Positions 39,901-46,724 of a stretch of DNA of 64,000 bases are shown here, one piece after another. The position numbers were made by a program, and so were the translations under genes. The notes beneath the pieces were generated by a model, which was given only the letters and a program-made list of their open reading frames with translations, was not told where the DNA came from and did not search any database. Each line of letters opens with the position of its first letter. The first letter of the stretch is position 1. The DNA is from Mycobacteriales bacterium (GTDB lineage Bacteria; Actinomycetota; Actinomycetes; Mycobacteriales; CADCTP01): assembly GCA_036558285.1 (NCBI GenBank), contig DATBFW010000135.1, positions 21,364 through 85,363 on the forward strand, read 5' to 3'.

Positions 39901-40248
39901 GCGAGCCAGGTCCTGCTGCGCGGCGGCCGCGAACGGCACCCGCCACGGCAGACCACTGCCCCTTACCCCAGCCACCAGCTCGACGATCAGGCAGGACACG
40001 AGCTGCGCCCAGGCCAGCCAGACGATGCAGACGATCACGTCGAGCACGAACTCGATCGGCACCTGCCCGCCCAGCGGATCGCGCGGGATCTCCGGGATGG
40101 GGTTGCCGACGACGACGACCAGCGCGGCCGGGATGCCGACCACGATGCCGAGCAGCAGCAGCGCGGAGAGCACTCCGCGCAGCACGTCGCCCGCTCGCCT
40201 CACCCGGCGCGCGCCCTCCAGTGGCGCCCTCGACATCGTCCTGCCCAC
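36910..40248 (-). CDS. 1112-aa multi-domain membrane protein: 3 N-terminal TM, LysM-like domain, Ser/Gly-rich spacer, 4th TM, large cytoplasmic region, SARP-like wHTH + BTAD C-terminus
   Basis: Hydrophobic segments at about aa 24-48, 66-95, 117-131 and 506-525 (the last followed by RRRRAAQRR). LysM-like segment YVVMPPHGRHHDSLWDISERYLGSGIRYREVFELNKG...IRPGWTLIMP (aa ~194-256). aa ~291-470 is almost only S/G/A/T. aa ~885-975, VLLRIFGEPAVDG...LALEIAGFLALSGGVTPRALAASVWP...ATLARVGDWLG, resembles an OmpR/SARP winged helix. aa ~976-1090, LDWHLFVALAERGD...LELARGPLL...AIAAARAGLRVEPASGVLWDDLVQAIRERDGEAAANRAL, resembles BTAD. Last gene of the Tad operon. Start at GTG 40248 or ATG 40236. Confidence 0.8.
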   Translation of the reverse strand: MGRTMSRAPLEGARRVRRAGDVLRGVLSALLLLGIVVGIPAALVVVVGNPIPEIPRDPLGGQVPIEFVLDVIVCIVWLAWAQLVSCLIVELVAGVRGSGLPWRVPFAAAAQQDLARRLVTAVLLLATAGHGLQTAHTSSGPPAAAPAAVASVSGAMDQVAVTTVGQADAAARQADQARTAPARGQAAATPHGTKQYVVMPPHGRHHDSLWDISERYLGSGIRYREVFELNKGRPQPDGSKLTLESLIRPGWTLIMPADARGEGLIEVTPDLPAAHGSVANSGTTQSTTAHAGPGSLSAPGSLSGPGSLSGPGSPSGPGSLAGSGSLSGSGSLSGSHSAGGSGSTAGSVPLSHAGSSTISGTGHTTGSNSAAGSTGSSSAAGSDSAAGSGSPTGSGSAAGSTGSGSATGAGSAAGHTSGTAAGSGSGGQYGPGSGALGSPAAGYGSGAVRGTGSATDSGGAGSAYGVGSGALPAPAAVGGPLSRAGADGHAIGGQARGPERSPELPWDLVGAELLAAGVLEVLVALRRRRAAQRRAGSTAPLPDAEAAAAEVAVRLGADQAGADYLDRALRTLARTLAEHDRPAPEVYAARLSTDALELLLAVPQDQAPPPFVAENGGSRWVLDRSTPLPAVDGVAAPLPGLVSVGGDGHGRIFVDLESSGGAICVAGDLDRARSVVAAAAVELVTNRWSDDMRVTLVGFGSALAPISEDRLRCVDSLDEVVEGVTDRLSAGRQELSASGIDSVLTGRVRGLRGDGVTPDFLVLASPPAPEQLSELQDWARSTRRAPLGILIAGEVPTARWRFEIDDRGMLDTGVLGVTVGAQLLTARSYAALARLIRAEAAAAEPEPAAAPPPVWAPVSAAAHEPADGLVVPDLPRPVDPDREPAVLLRIFGEPAVDGTDRLLPGTPLALEIAGFLALSGGVTPRALAASVWPYGVTVAERDATLARVGDWLGADGDGTARLRLDEDGRLQLSGDVQLDWHLFVALAERGDESDVLRALELARGPLLEPHLPRRYTWVARDRVAHEMPTFVADVAHRAAAGYLAAGRLDGAIAAARAGLRVEPASGVLWDDLVQAIRERDGEAAANRALADKAAAINPPATDPRGVPARLTA
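38839..39378 (-). repeat. in-frame degenerate tandem repeats encoding the Ser/Gly-rich spacer
   Basis: Plus-strand runs such as GGGAGCCGGGGCCGGAAA(G) repeated about 4 times (39.30-39.37 kb) and GCCGAGCCGGAGCCGGTGG-type 18-21 bp units (39.01-39.16 kb). They translate on the minus strand to GPGSLS / GSGSAAGST repeats. Confidence 0.8.
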
Positions 40249-40261
40249 CTGTGCCTGCCCC

Positions 40262-40711
40262 TCACAACCCGGTGACCGCGACCGCGTCGGCCCGCTCGGT
40301 GATCGTCAACGTCTTGAACTTCGGCATGATACCGAGCAAAGTCGTACGAAACGTCATAGTCACCGTAACTCGGACACCGTTGTCCTGCCCGGGGTGGTCC
40401 GGATCCGCCAGCGGCACCCAGTCGAAGTCGGTCACCCCGGGGCTGGTGCGGTACGGCGCGACCGCCGCCGGCACCAGGCCCTTGTCCACGAAGCAGATCC
40501 CCTGCGAACGCAGCAACGCCACGTCGCACTGCCCGGCACCGGCTCGCGCCGCCTGCTCGGCGATGTCCGACGCCCGCTGCTTGGCCTCCAGCGCCGCCCC
40601 GCCGTCGATGACCAGCCCGGCCATGAAGATCATCGCGGGGGCGAAGATCGCCACGAACAGCGCGGCCGACCCGCGCTCGGCCCGCCCCCGCAGCCGGCCC
40701 GGCCGGCCCAT
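40262..40711 (-). CDS. TadG-related / Tad pilus-assembly (pseudopilin-like) protein
   Basis: 149 aa, AERGSAALFVAIFAPAMIFMAGLVIDGGAALEAKQRASDIAEQAARAGA matches the TadG-like N-terminal pattern. Its start overlaps the upstream stop by 1 nt. Confidence 0.7.
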   Translation of the reverse strand: MGRPGRLRGRAERGSAALFVAIFAPAMIFMAGLVIDGGAALEAKQRASDIAEQAARAGAGQCDVALLRSQGICFVDKGLVPAAVAPYRTSPGVTDFDWVPLADPDHPGQDNGVRVTVTMTFRTTLLGIMPKFKTLTITERADAVAVTGL

Positions 40712-41109
40712 CAGTCCGTCCCCCGGTAGATGTCGACCGCGGACACCGACGTCCGCGTGATCGTCTGCTTGCCCCACAGCGTGGTCACCCGGCAGCTCGC
40801 CGTCGCGGTGACCGATCCGCCCGGCACCGGCACGCGCGGCGTGATCACCAGGTTGGTGCAGTCGTGCCCCTTGATCGCCGCGTCGTACGCCGCCCGCGCC
40901 GCCGACTCGGCGTTGCCGTTGTGGTTGATCGTCGCGGCCCTGGCCGCGTCCCGGGCGGCGCCCTCGGCCAGCGCCCGTCCCTCGGTCACCCGGCCGACCG
41001 AGATGATGAACGAGATCACCAGCAGCAACGCCGGCGCCAGCACCGCCAGCTCCAGCGAGAACGAGCCGCGGTCGCGACGCCTGCCGGTCGCGCCGAGCTG
41101 CCGGGTCAT
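40711..41109 (-). CDS. TadE-family pseudopilin
   Basis: 132 aa, RRDRGSFSLELAVLAPALLLVISFIISVGRV (TadE N-terminal motif with a G|SxxLE prepilin-type site). Confidence 0.7.
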   Translation of the reverse strand: MTRQLGATGRRRDRGSFSLELAVLAPALLLVISFIISVGRVTEGRALAEGAARDAARAATINHNGNAESAARAAYDAAIKGHDCTNLVITPRVPVPGGSVTATASCRVTTLWGKQTITRTSVSAVDIYRGTD

Positions 41110-41111
41110 GC

Positions 41112-41585
41112 TCAGTCCTCCCCCGAGCGCTTGAACACCTCGAACGGCCCACCGGCGGTCGCGGTGATCGTCAGCTTGCTCTTCCCGAAGATCCCCGGGA
41201 TCAGCATGATCGGATTGGCCGACACCGTGACCTGCACCTGGTTGAGGCCGGCGATCCGGCCGTCGACCACCGGCCGGCTGGTGGTGTCCCCGCTGTTGTC
41301 CAGCCGCTCCCACTGGTCGAGCGCAGCGGTGCGTGCCAGCGTCTGGACCTGCTGGGCGGACGGGACGGTGTCCTCCAGCTGCGCGTTCGTCGGGTATGCC
41401 CGGACGGCGCGGGCGGTGCCCTCGGCCTCGGCCTTGACCACGTTGCGGGCGTGGTAGTAGAGCGCGGCCTGCACGGTCATGAACACCAGCAGCAGGAACG
41501 CCAGCGACAGCACCGCGAACTCGAGGCTGCCCGAGCCGCGGTCACCCTCGGCGGGGTGCCGCCGCGAGGGCAGCCATCGGGTCAC
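41112..41585 (-). CDS. TadE-family pseudopilin
   Basis: 157 aa, GDRGSGSLEFAVLSLAFLLLVFMTVQAALYYHAR. GTGA overlap with the flp-like stop. Confidence 0.7.
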   Translation of the reverse strand: MTRWLPSRRHPAEGDRGSGSLEFAVLSLAFLLLVFMTVQAALYYHARNVVKAEAEGTARAVRAYPTNAQLEDTVPSAQQVQTLARTAALDQWERLDNSGDTTSRPVVDGRIAGLNQVQVTVSANPIMLIPGIFGKSKLTITATAGGPFEVFKRSGED

Positions 41586-41809
41586 GGCGCAGTGGGGATC
41601 TGCTCGTTCTTCACCGTGTCGCCGGCGCCGTTGACCTTGTCGATCACGATCTTGCCGATGAGCACGGCCGCGGCGATCAGCACCGCCGAGATGATCGCCG
41701 TCTCCAGCGCCGACGCCCCCCGCTCGTTGCGCTCCCGCAGCGGCTCCAGCCGGGTGCGCACGAAGGCCATCGTGAACGCGACCATCGGATGGTCGAAGAG
41801 ATTGAACAC
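41582..41809 (-). CDS. flp: Flp/Fap-type prepilin candidate
   Basis: 75 aa: leader ...RERNERG, then ASALETAIISAVLIAAAVLIGKIV (G|xxxxE with Glu at +5 and a hydrophobic helix), then a short polar tail. The only gene in the operon preceded by a real gap (76 nt). An internal Met could give a shorter leader. Confidence 0.6.
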   Translation of the reverse strand: MFNLFDHPMVAFTMAFVRTRLEPLRERNERGASALETAIISAVLIAAAVLIGKIVIDKVNGAGDTVKNEQIPTAP

Positions 41810-41885
41810 TGCTGCTCCCTCGTGATCATGGGCGAAGATCGCGGGCGGACCGACGAATGGTACCTGCGTGCGGTACCGCCCGAAC

Positions 41886-42809
41886 CTACAGAATCCGGAT
41901 TACTGCCGGGTAGGCCAGAAAAAGGAGATATCCGAGGACGATCAGCATCTGAGCCACCAGCATCGACTGAGATCGCTCACCGGCCCGGCCCTCCATCTCG
42001 GCCAGCTCGCGCCGCCGCAGCGTTGCCGCCCGCGCGGCCAGCGAGTCACGGATCTTGGCGCCGTCGTCGGCGACCAGTGCGAGCGCCGCGGCGAGGTCAC
42101 GCAGCTCGTTGATGCCGACCTCGTCCCCGAGCCGGCCGAGCGCCGCCCAGGGTGTGAGCCCCTGCAGCCGGGCGAACGCGAGCGTGTCGCGCAGCCGGGC
42201 GAACGGCCAGCCACCGCCGATCGAGGCCGCCGCGGTCAGCGCCTCAGGCACGCCGCGACCGCCGGCCAGGTTCATCGAGACCAGGTCCAGGAACGCGCCG
42301 ACCGCGTGCCGGAAGTCCTGCCGCCGGGCTGCCGCCTCCCGGCGCACCGACGCCAGTGGCAGCAGCGCCGCGAGCAGGGCGAACAGGATCGTGGCCCCGA
42401 CGGACACGGTGAAGCCGAGCTGGATCCCGGCGACGGTGGCCGCCGCGGCGAGCACCGGCCCGAACAGCAACCCGCCGACCGCGAACAGCACCGTGCTGGC
42501 CAGGAAGCCCTCCAGCGACCGGCCGAGCACGGCCAGGTCCGAGCGCAGCGAGGTGACCCGGAACCCGCGGGTCTCGAACGCCGTCGCCAGCCGGGAGCCG
42601 AGCCGCAGCTGCCAGCTCGACATGCCCTCGTTGGACAGCAGCGCCTCGGACACCGAGAACCGGGACGGCTGCCGGTCGGCGTCCAGCCGGGCTATTCCGG
42701 CGGCGATGCCGGTGCGCGCCGGCCGCAGCGCGACCACGAACATCAGCAGGCCGAGGCCGACGACCGCGCCCGCGACCAGCGCGTAGACCAGGTCCATGGA
42801 CAGGATCAC
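41886..42809 (-). CDS. tadC: type II secretion system F-family inner-membrane platform protein (TadC-like)
   Basis: 307 aa with N- and C-terminal TM clusters around a cytoplasmic T2SSF-like domain (FLDLVSMNLAGGRGVPEALTAAA...). GTGA overlap with tadB. Confidence 0.8.
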   Translation of the reverse strand: MILSMDLVYALVAGAVVGLGLLMFVVALRPARTGIAAGIARLDADRQPSRFSVSEALLSNEGMSSWQLRLGSRLATAFETRGFRVTSLRSDLAVLGRSLEGFLASTVLFAVGGLLFGPVLAAAATVAGIQLGFTVSVGATILFALLAALLPLASVRREAAARRQDFRHAVGAFLDLVSMNLAGGRGVPEALTAAASIGGGWPFARLRDTLAFARLQGLTPWAALGRLGDEVGINELRDLAAALALVADDGAKIRDSLAARAATLRRRELAEMEGRAGERSQSMLVAQMLIVLGYLLFLAYPAVIRIL

Positions 42810-43699
42810 GACGGCGCCCCCGTCCGGGTGGCGAGCCGCTCGGGCCGGCTGTCGAGGAACCGCCTGGCCGTGTCGTACCGGCTCAGGCGCCGCAGCCAGA
42901 GGAACCCGGCGGCGAAGATCGCGCAGACCACGGCGAGCGTGATCTGGCCGCCGACGGAGTCGTACGGCTCGACGTAGTCGGGGTTGAGGAACCGCAGCCC
43001 GAAGACCACGACCAGGGTCAGCACGGTGATGATCTGCACGCTGCGCCTGGTCGAGGCGCGGCTGGCCTCGATCCGGTTGCGCATGTCCATCTCCTCGCGG
43101 GCCGCCTGGGACAGCGCGGTGAGCACGTCGCGCAGGCCGGGCCCGCGCAGCCGGGCGTTGAGGATCAGCGCGGCGAGGATCAGGTCGGCACCCGGGTCGT
43201 TGAGCTCGTCGCCGAACTTGAGCAGCGCGTCCGGCAGCGGCTCGCGGGTGTGCAGCCGGTCGATGAGCAGCGCCAGCGGCGGCTTGAGGATCGGCGCGGC
43301 GGCGTTGTAGGACGCCGGGATCGCCTGCTCCAGCCCGACCGCGCCGGCGATCGTGTCCCGCAGCGACTCGGTCCAGGAGGCGAGCGCCTCCAGCCGCAGC
43401 ACCTCGGCCCGGCCGTGCGCGGCACCGCCGAACAGCTTCGTTGCGAAGAACCCGAGCAGCCCGACGCCGATCGCGACGACCAGCCAGCCGGAGGCGAGCA
43501 GCGCGACCAGCGCCAGCCCGCCGCCGAGCAGCAGCCGGCGGCCGAGGTCCGCGGGCGCGAGCCGGTCGGTGAGCGTCGGCCCGGCCGGCTCCCGCGGCGC
43601 CCAGCCGATCAGCGACGCGATGAGCAGCAGCAGCCCGCCGCCGGCGAGCGCGCCGCCGAGCAGTGCGAGCAGCAGATCGGAGGAGATCACCCGGACCAC
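42806..43699 (-). CDS. tadB: type II secretion system F-family inner-membrane platform protein (TadB-like)
   Basis: 297 aa, same architecture (WTESLRDTIAGAVGLEQAI...LILAALILNARLRGPGLRDVLTALS...). Overlaps the tadA 3' end by 13 nt. Confidence 0.8.
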   Translation of the reverse strand: MVRVISSDLLLALLGGALAGGGLLLLIASLIGWAPREPAGPTLTDRLAPADLGRRLLLGGGLALVALLASGWLVVAIGVGLLGFFATKLFGGAAHGRAEVLRLEALASWTESLRDTIAGAVGLEQAIPASYNAAAPILKPPLALLIDRLHTREPLPDALLKFGDELNDPGADLILAALILNARLRGPGLRDVLTALSQAAREEMDMRNRIEASRASTRRSVQIITVLTLVVVFGLRFLNPDYVEPYDSVGGQITLAVVCAIFAAGFLWLRRLSRYDTARRFLDSRPERLATRTGAPS

Positions 43700-44997
43700 C
43701 GCCCGAAGTCGTCCGGCCGGTAGCCGGCCGCCTCCAGGTCCTCGATCGCCTGGATCGGCGCTGCCGGCCGCGCCCGGCCGTCCGGACCCGGCGCCCAGAT
43801 CTCGCTCGACGTGACCCGGCCGTCGACGCCGTTGACCTCGCGCACGCTGGACACGAACCGGCGCAGCTGGCCGCCGGACCGGTAGTCGTTGCGCCGCTCG
43901 ACGAAGATCACGTAGTTGATCGCGCCGGCGATGAGCATGTGCGAGGCCTCGATCGGCAGGTGCTCGGCCGCCTGCAACGCGTACGTCGCGATGCGGTTGA
44001 ACACCTCCGACGAGCTGTTGGCGTGGATCGTGGACAGCGAGCCGTCATTGCCCTGGCTCATCGCGTTGAGCATGGTCACGATCTCGTCGCCGAGGACCTC
44101 ACCGACGATGACGCGGCTCGGGTTCATCCGCAGCGAGCGGCGGACGAGCTCGGCCATCGAGATCCGGCCCTGGCCCTCGGAGTTGGGCAGCCGCTCCTCG
44201 AACGCGACCACGTTGGGGTGCAGATCGGGGAACTCGTCCAGGCCGAGCTCCAGCGCCCGCTCCACGGTGATCAGCCGCTCGTGCGCCGGGATCTCGTTGG
44301 CCAGCGCCCGCAGCATCGTGGTCTTCCCGGCGTTGGTGGAGCCGGCGATCATGATGTTCTTGCGGGCCACCACCGCCGCTCGCATGAACGCGGCCAGCCC
44401 CTGGTCGAGCGTCCCGTTGCCGACCAGGTCGGACAGGAAGACCTTGGGCAGCCGGGCCCGCCGGATCGAGACCACCGGGCGCTTGGTGACCTCCATGACC
44501 GCCGAGAGCCGGGAACCGTCCGGTAGCCGCAGGTCCAGCTGTGGGTTGGCGGTGTCGAACGGCCGGCTGGACAGCCCCGAGTAGGCCGCGAGGGTCTGGA
44601 CGAGCTCGACCAGCTCCTCGTCGGTCTCCGCGACCGGGTCGAGCATGAGCTCGCGCCCGTCCGCGTAGCCGACGAAGACCCGGTCGCAGCCGTTGATGTC
44701 GACGTTCTCCACCATCGGGTCGTCGAGCAGTGGCTGCAGCCGGCCGACGCCGTAGAGCGCGGCGTGCACCGCGGCGGCGAGGTCTTCCTCCTCCTCCGCA
44801 GTCGGCGGCACCCGGCCGGACTCCAGCTCCAGCCGGGCGTGCGAGGCGAGCGCCCGAGCGATGAGCGACCGCGCGTACTGCCGCTCGTCCTCGGGGCTCA
44901 TCGCCAGCCCGAGAACCGCGTCGTCGCGGCGCTGGCCGGCGATCTGCTCGGCGACCTCGGTGCGCAGCCGGCGCACCAGCGCGTGGTCCATGGCCAT
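43687..44997 (-). CDS. tadA: CpaF/TadA-family secretion ATPase
   Basis: 436 aa. Walker A IAGSTNAGKTTMLRAL, Walker B/Asp box RVIVGEVLGDE, His box SLSTIHANS. N-terminal domain typical of the VirB11/CpaF class. Confidence 0.9.
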   Translation of the reverse strand: MAMDHALVRRLRTEVAEQIAGQRRDDAVLGLAMSPEDERQYARSLIARALASHARLELESGRVPPTAEEEEDLAAAVHAALYGVGRLQPLLDDPMVENVDINGCDRVFVGYADGRELMLDPVAETDEELVELVQTLAAYSGLSSRPFDTANPQLDLRLPDGSRLSAVMEVTKRPVVSIRRARLPKVFLSDLVGNGTLDQGLAAFMRAAVVARKNIMIAGSTNAGKTTMLRALANEIPAHERLITVERALELGLDEFPDLHPNVVAFEERLPNSEGQGRISMAELVRRSLRMNPSRVIVGEVLGDEIVTMLNAMSQGNDGSLSTIHANSSSEVFNRIATYALQAAEHLPIEASHMLIAGAINYVIFVERRNDYRSGGQLRRFVSSVREVNGVDGRVTSSEIWAPGPDGRARPAAPIQAIEDLEAAGYRPDDFGRWSG

Positions 44998-45770
44998 TAC
45001 CGCGTCACCGGAGCCCCGAGCCGGCTGGCCAGCTGGCCGGCGATCTCCCGGACGGACCGGACCAGCAGCGAGCGGTCGAGCCGGCCGACCCACTCGCCGG
45101 CCAGCAGCCCGGCGCCCTTCGGGTCGAGCGCGACCCGGCCCAGCACCGGGACCGGCAGGCCGGCCTGCCGCAGCACCTGGTCGATCTGCTTGGGCGAGGA
45201 GTCGTCCCGCGGGCTGGTCACCACGACCGTGTAGACCTGCGGCGGCCGGCCGGGGCGGCGGTCGAGCTCGCGCAGCACCGCGCCGGCCCTGGCCCGCAGG
45301 TGGGCGACCGCGTCGATGGACGGACGGGTCACCAACACCACGGCTGCCGTGTGGGCGAGCACGTCGGCGGCCGGGCTGCCGGTGTAGAGCCGGCCGCAGT
45401 CGGCGATGACGTCCACCCCGGGGGCCAGCTCGAGCAGCTCGCCGACCGGCCCCCACAGGCCGGACAGGCCGCTGCCCTGCTCGCCGGCCGACAGTCCGAC
45501 GACCACCTCGAGGCCGCCGTCGAGCCGCTGCACGTGCTCGAAGATCTGCTCCGGGCGCATCCCGCGCCGCGCGCCGACCGCAAGGCTGATCAGCCCGAGC
45601 TCCGGCGAGAGCGGCGCCCCCCGGGGGCCGCGCAGCCGCAGCGCGACGTCGCCGCCGGACGGGTCGAGCTCGGCGAGCAGGGCGCGCCGCGGCCACACCG
45701 CGGCCATGGTGATCGCGGTGGTGGTGACCCCGGGCGAGCCCTTGTCGGCCGCCAGCGCGATCAGGGCCAT
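44997..45770 (-). CDS. ParA/MinD-fold TadZ/CpaE-like (Ssd-like) protein with degenerate P-loop
   Basis: 257 aa. The N-terminus ALIALAADKGSPGVTTTAITMAA aligns with the deviant Walker A (KGGxGK[ST]) position but lacks both lysines. Coupled to the genes on either side (TGATG, TAATG). Confidence 0.6.
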   Translation of the reverse strand: MALIALAADKGSPGVTTTAITMAAVWPRRALLAELDPSGGDVALRLRGPRGAPLSPELGLISLAVGARRGMRPEQIFEHVQRLDGGLEVVVGLSAGEQGSGLSGLWGPVGELLELAPGVDVIADCGRLYTGSPAADVLAHTAAVVLVTRPSIDAVAHLRARAGAVLRELDRRPGRPPQVYTVVVTSPRDDSSPKQIDQVLRQAGLPVPVLGRVALDPKGAGLLAGEWVGRLDRSLLVRSVREIAGQLASRLGAPVTR

Positions 45771-46555
45771 CAGCCGTCGCCCTTGTCGTAGTCGTGGCCG
45801 GGGTCGAGGCGGGCGAGGGTGATCGCACCCTGGGCGTTGGCCGCGGTCACCGCGGACAGGCCGTCGGTCGGGGCGGCGCTGAGATCGCGGTTGCGCACCT
45901 CGATGCCGACGACGACCGCGTTCTGCCCGGAGGCGCTGGGGTCGACGTTGGTCACGAACGCCGAGCTGATCAACGTCGCGGCGTGCGGCACCTGCTTGGG
46001 GTCGGCGGTGCCGGAGTTGGCCGACCCCGAGTTCTGCCCGCTGTTGCCGCGCGGTGTGTAGAGCACCTTGACCACGTCGCCCGCGACGAGGGTGTGCGGG
46101 TATTGCCCGTCGGGGACGTTGAGCGAGATCTGCACGAGACCCTTGGCCGGGGTGACCGCGTCACCGAAGGTGCCCTCGGACAGCAGCGAGCCCTGCTTGA
46201 GCGCGATCAGCGCCTTCTTGCCCTGCACCCGGGTGAAGAAGTCGGTGACCGGCACCGGGGCGAACAGCGACGAGTTGGTGGCGGCCAGCGCCTGCTGCCG
46301 GAAGTCGTCCCGGGTCAGCGTCTGGCCGAGCGCGACGTCGTGGGCGACCACCAGGTATTCCTGCTTCTTGCCGCTGGTCAGCACCAGCGACGCGGCCAGC
46401 GCCGCGCCGCCGAGGATCAGCACCAGCGCGAGCAACGCCAGCAGCGGCCGGCGCTGCCGGGTCGGGACCGGGAGGCGGTCGCCGGTGACGGCGGCGCCGG
46501 CCGCGCGCCGGGCGGCGCGGGTGGGCAGCTCTCCATTGGTCGTCTGGGTGGTCAT
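45770..46555 (-). CDS. CpaB/RcpC-like SAF-domain pilus assembly protein
   Basis: 261 aa with an N-terminal TM (LLALLALVLILGGAALAASLVL) followed by a SAF-like YLVVAHDVALGQTLTRDDF... First gene of the operon. Confidence 0.65.
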   Translation of the reverse strand: MTTQTTNGELPTRAARRAAGAAVTGDRLPVPTRQRRPLLALLALVLILGGAALAASLVLTSGKKQEYLVVAHDVALGQTLTRDDFRQQALAATNSSLFAPVPVTDFFTRVQGKKALIALKQGSLLSEGTFGDAVTPAKGLVQISLNVPDGQYPHTLVAGDVVKVLYTPRGNSGQNSGSANSGTADPKQVPHAATLISSAFVTNVDPSASGQNAVVVGIEVRNRDLSAAPTDGLSAVTAANAQGAITLARLDPGHDYDKGDG

Positions 46556-46724
46556 GAGTGGTCGCTCCGGTCGGGGGCCGGTCGTGGTCGGGGGGCAGTC
46601 TAAGCACTTTCGGGCGATCCATCCCCATCGAGTGACCCGCTGTGGACGGGCGGTCCGCTTGTGGACAGCAAAACGCGCGAATGCGACGGAGTGGCCTAAG
46701 GTGCTCTGCCGGAGGTGAGCACCC

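Noticed and set aside
41859-41877. GGTACC-TGCGTGC-GGTACC hairpin in the 76-nt gap between tadC and the flp-like gene (possible processing or attenuation stem).
   Set aside because: The stem is only 6 bp and is built from a self-complementary hexamer. That is too weak to call without RNA structure or transcript-end data.
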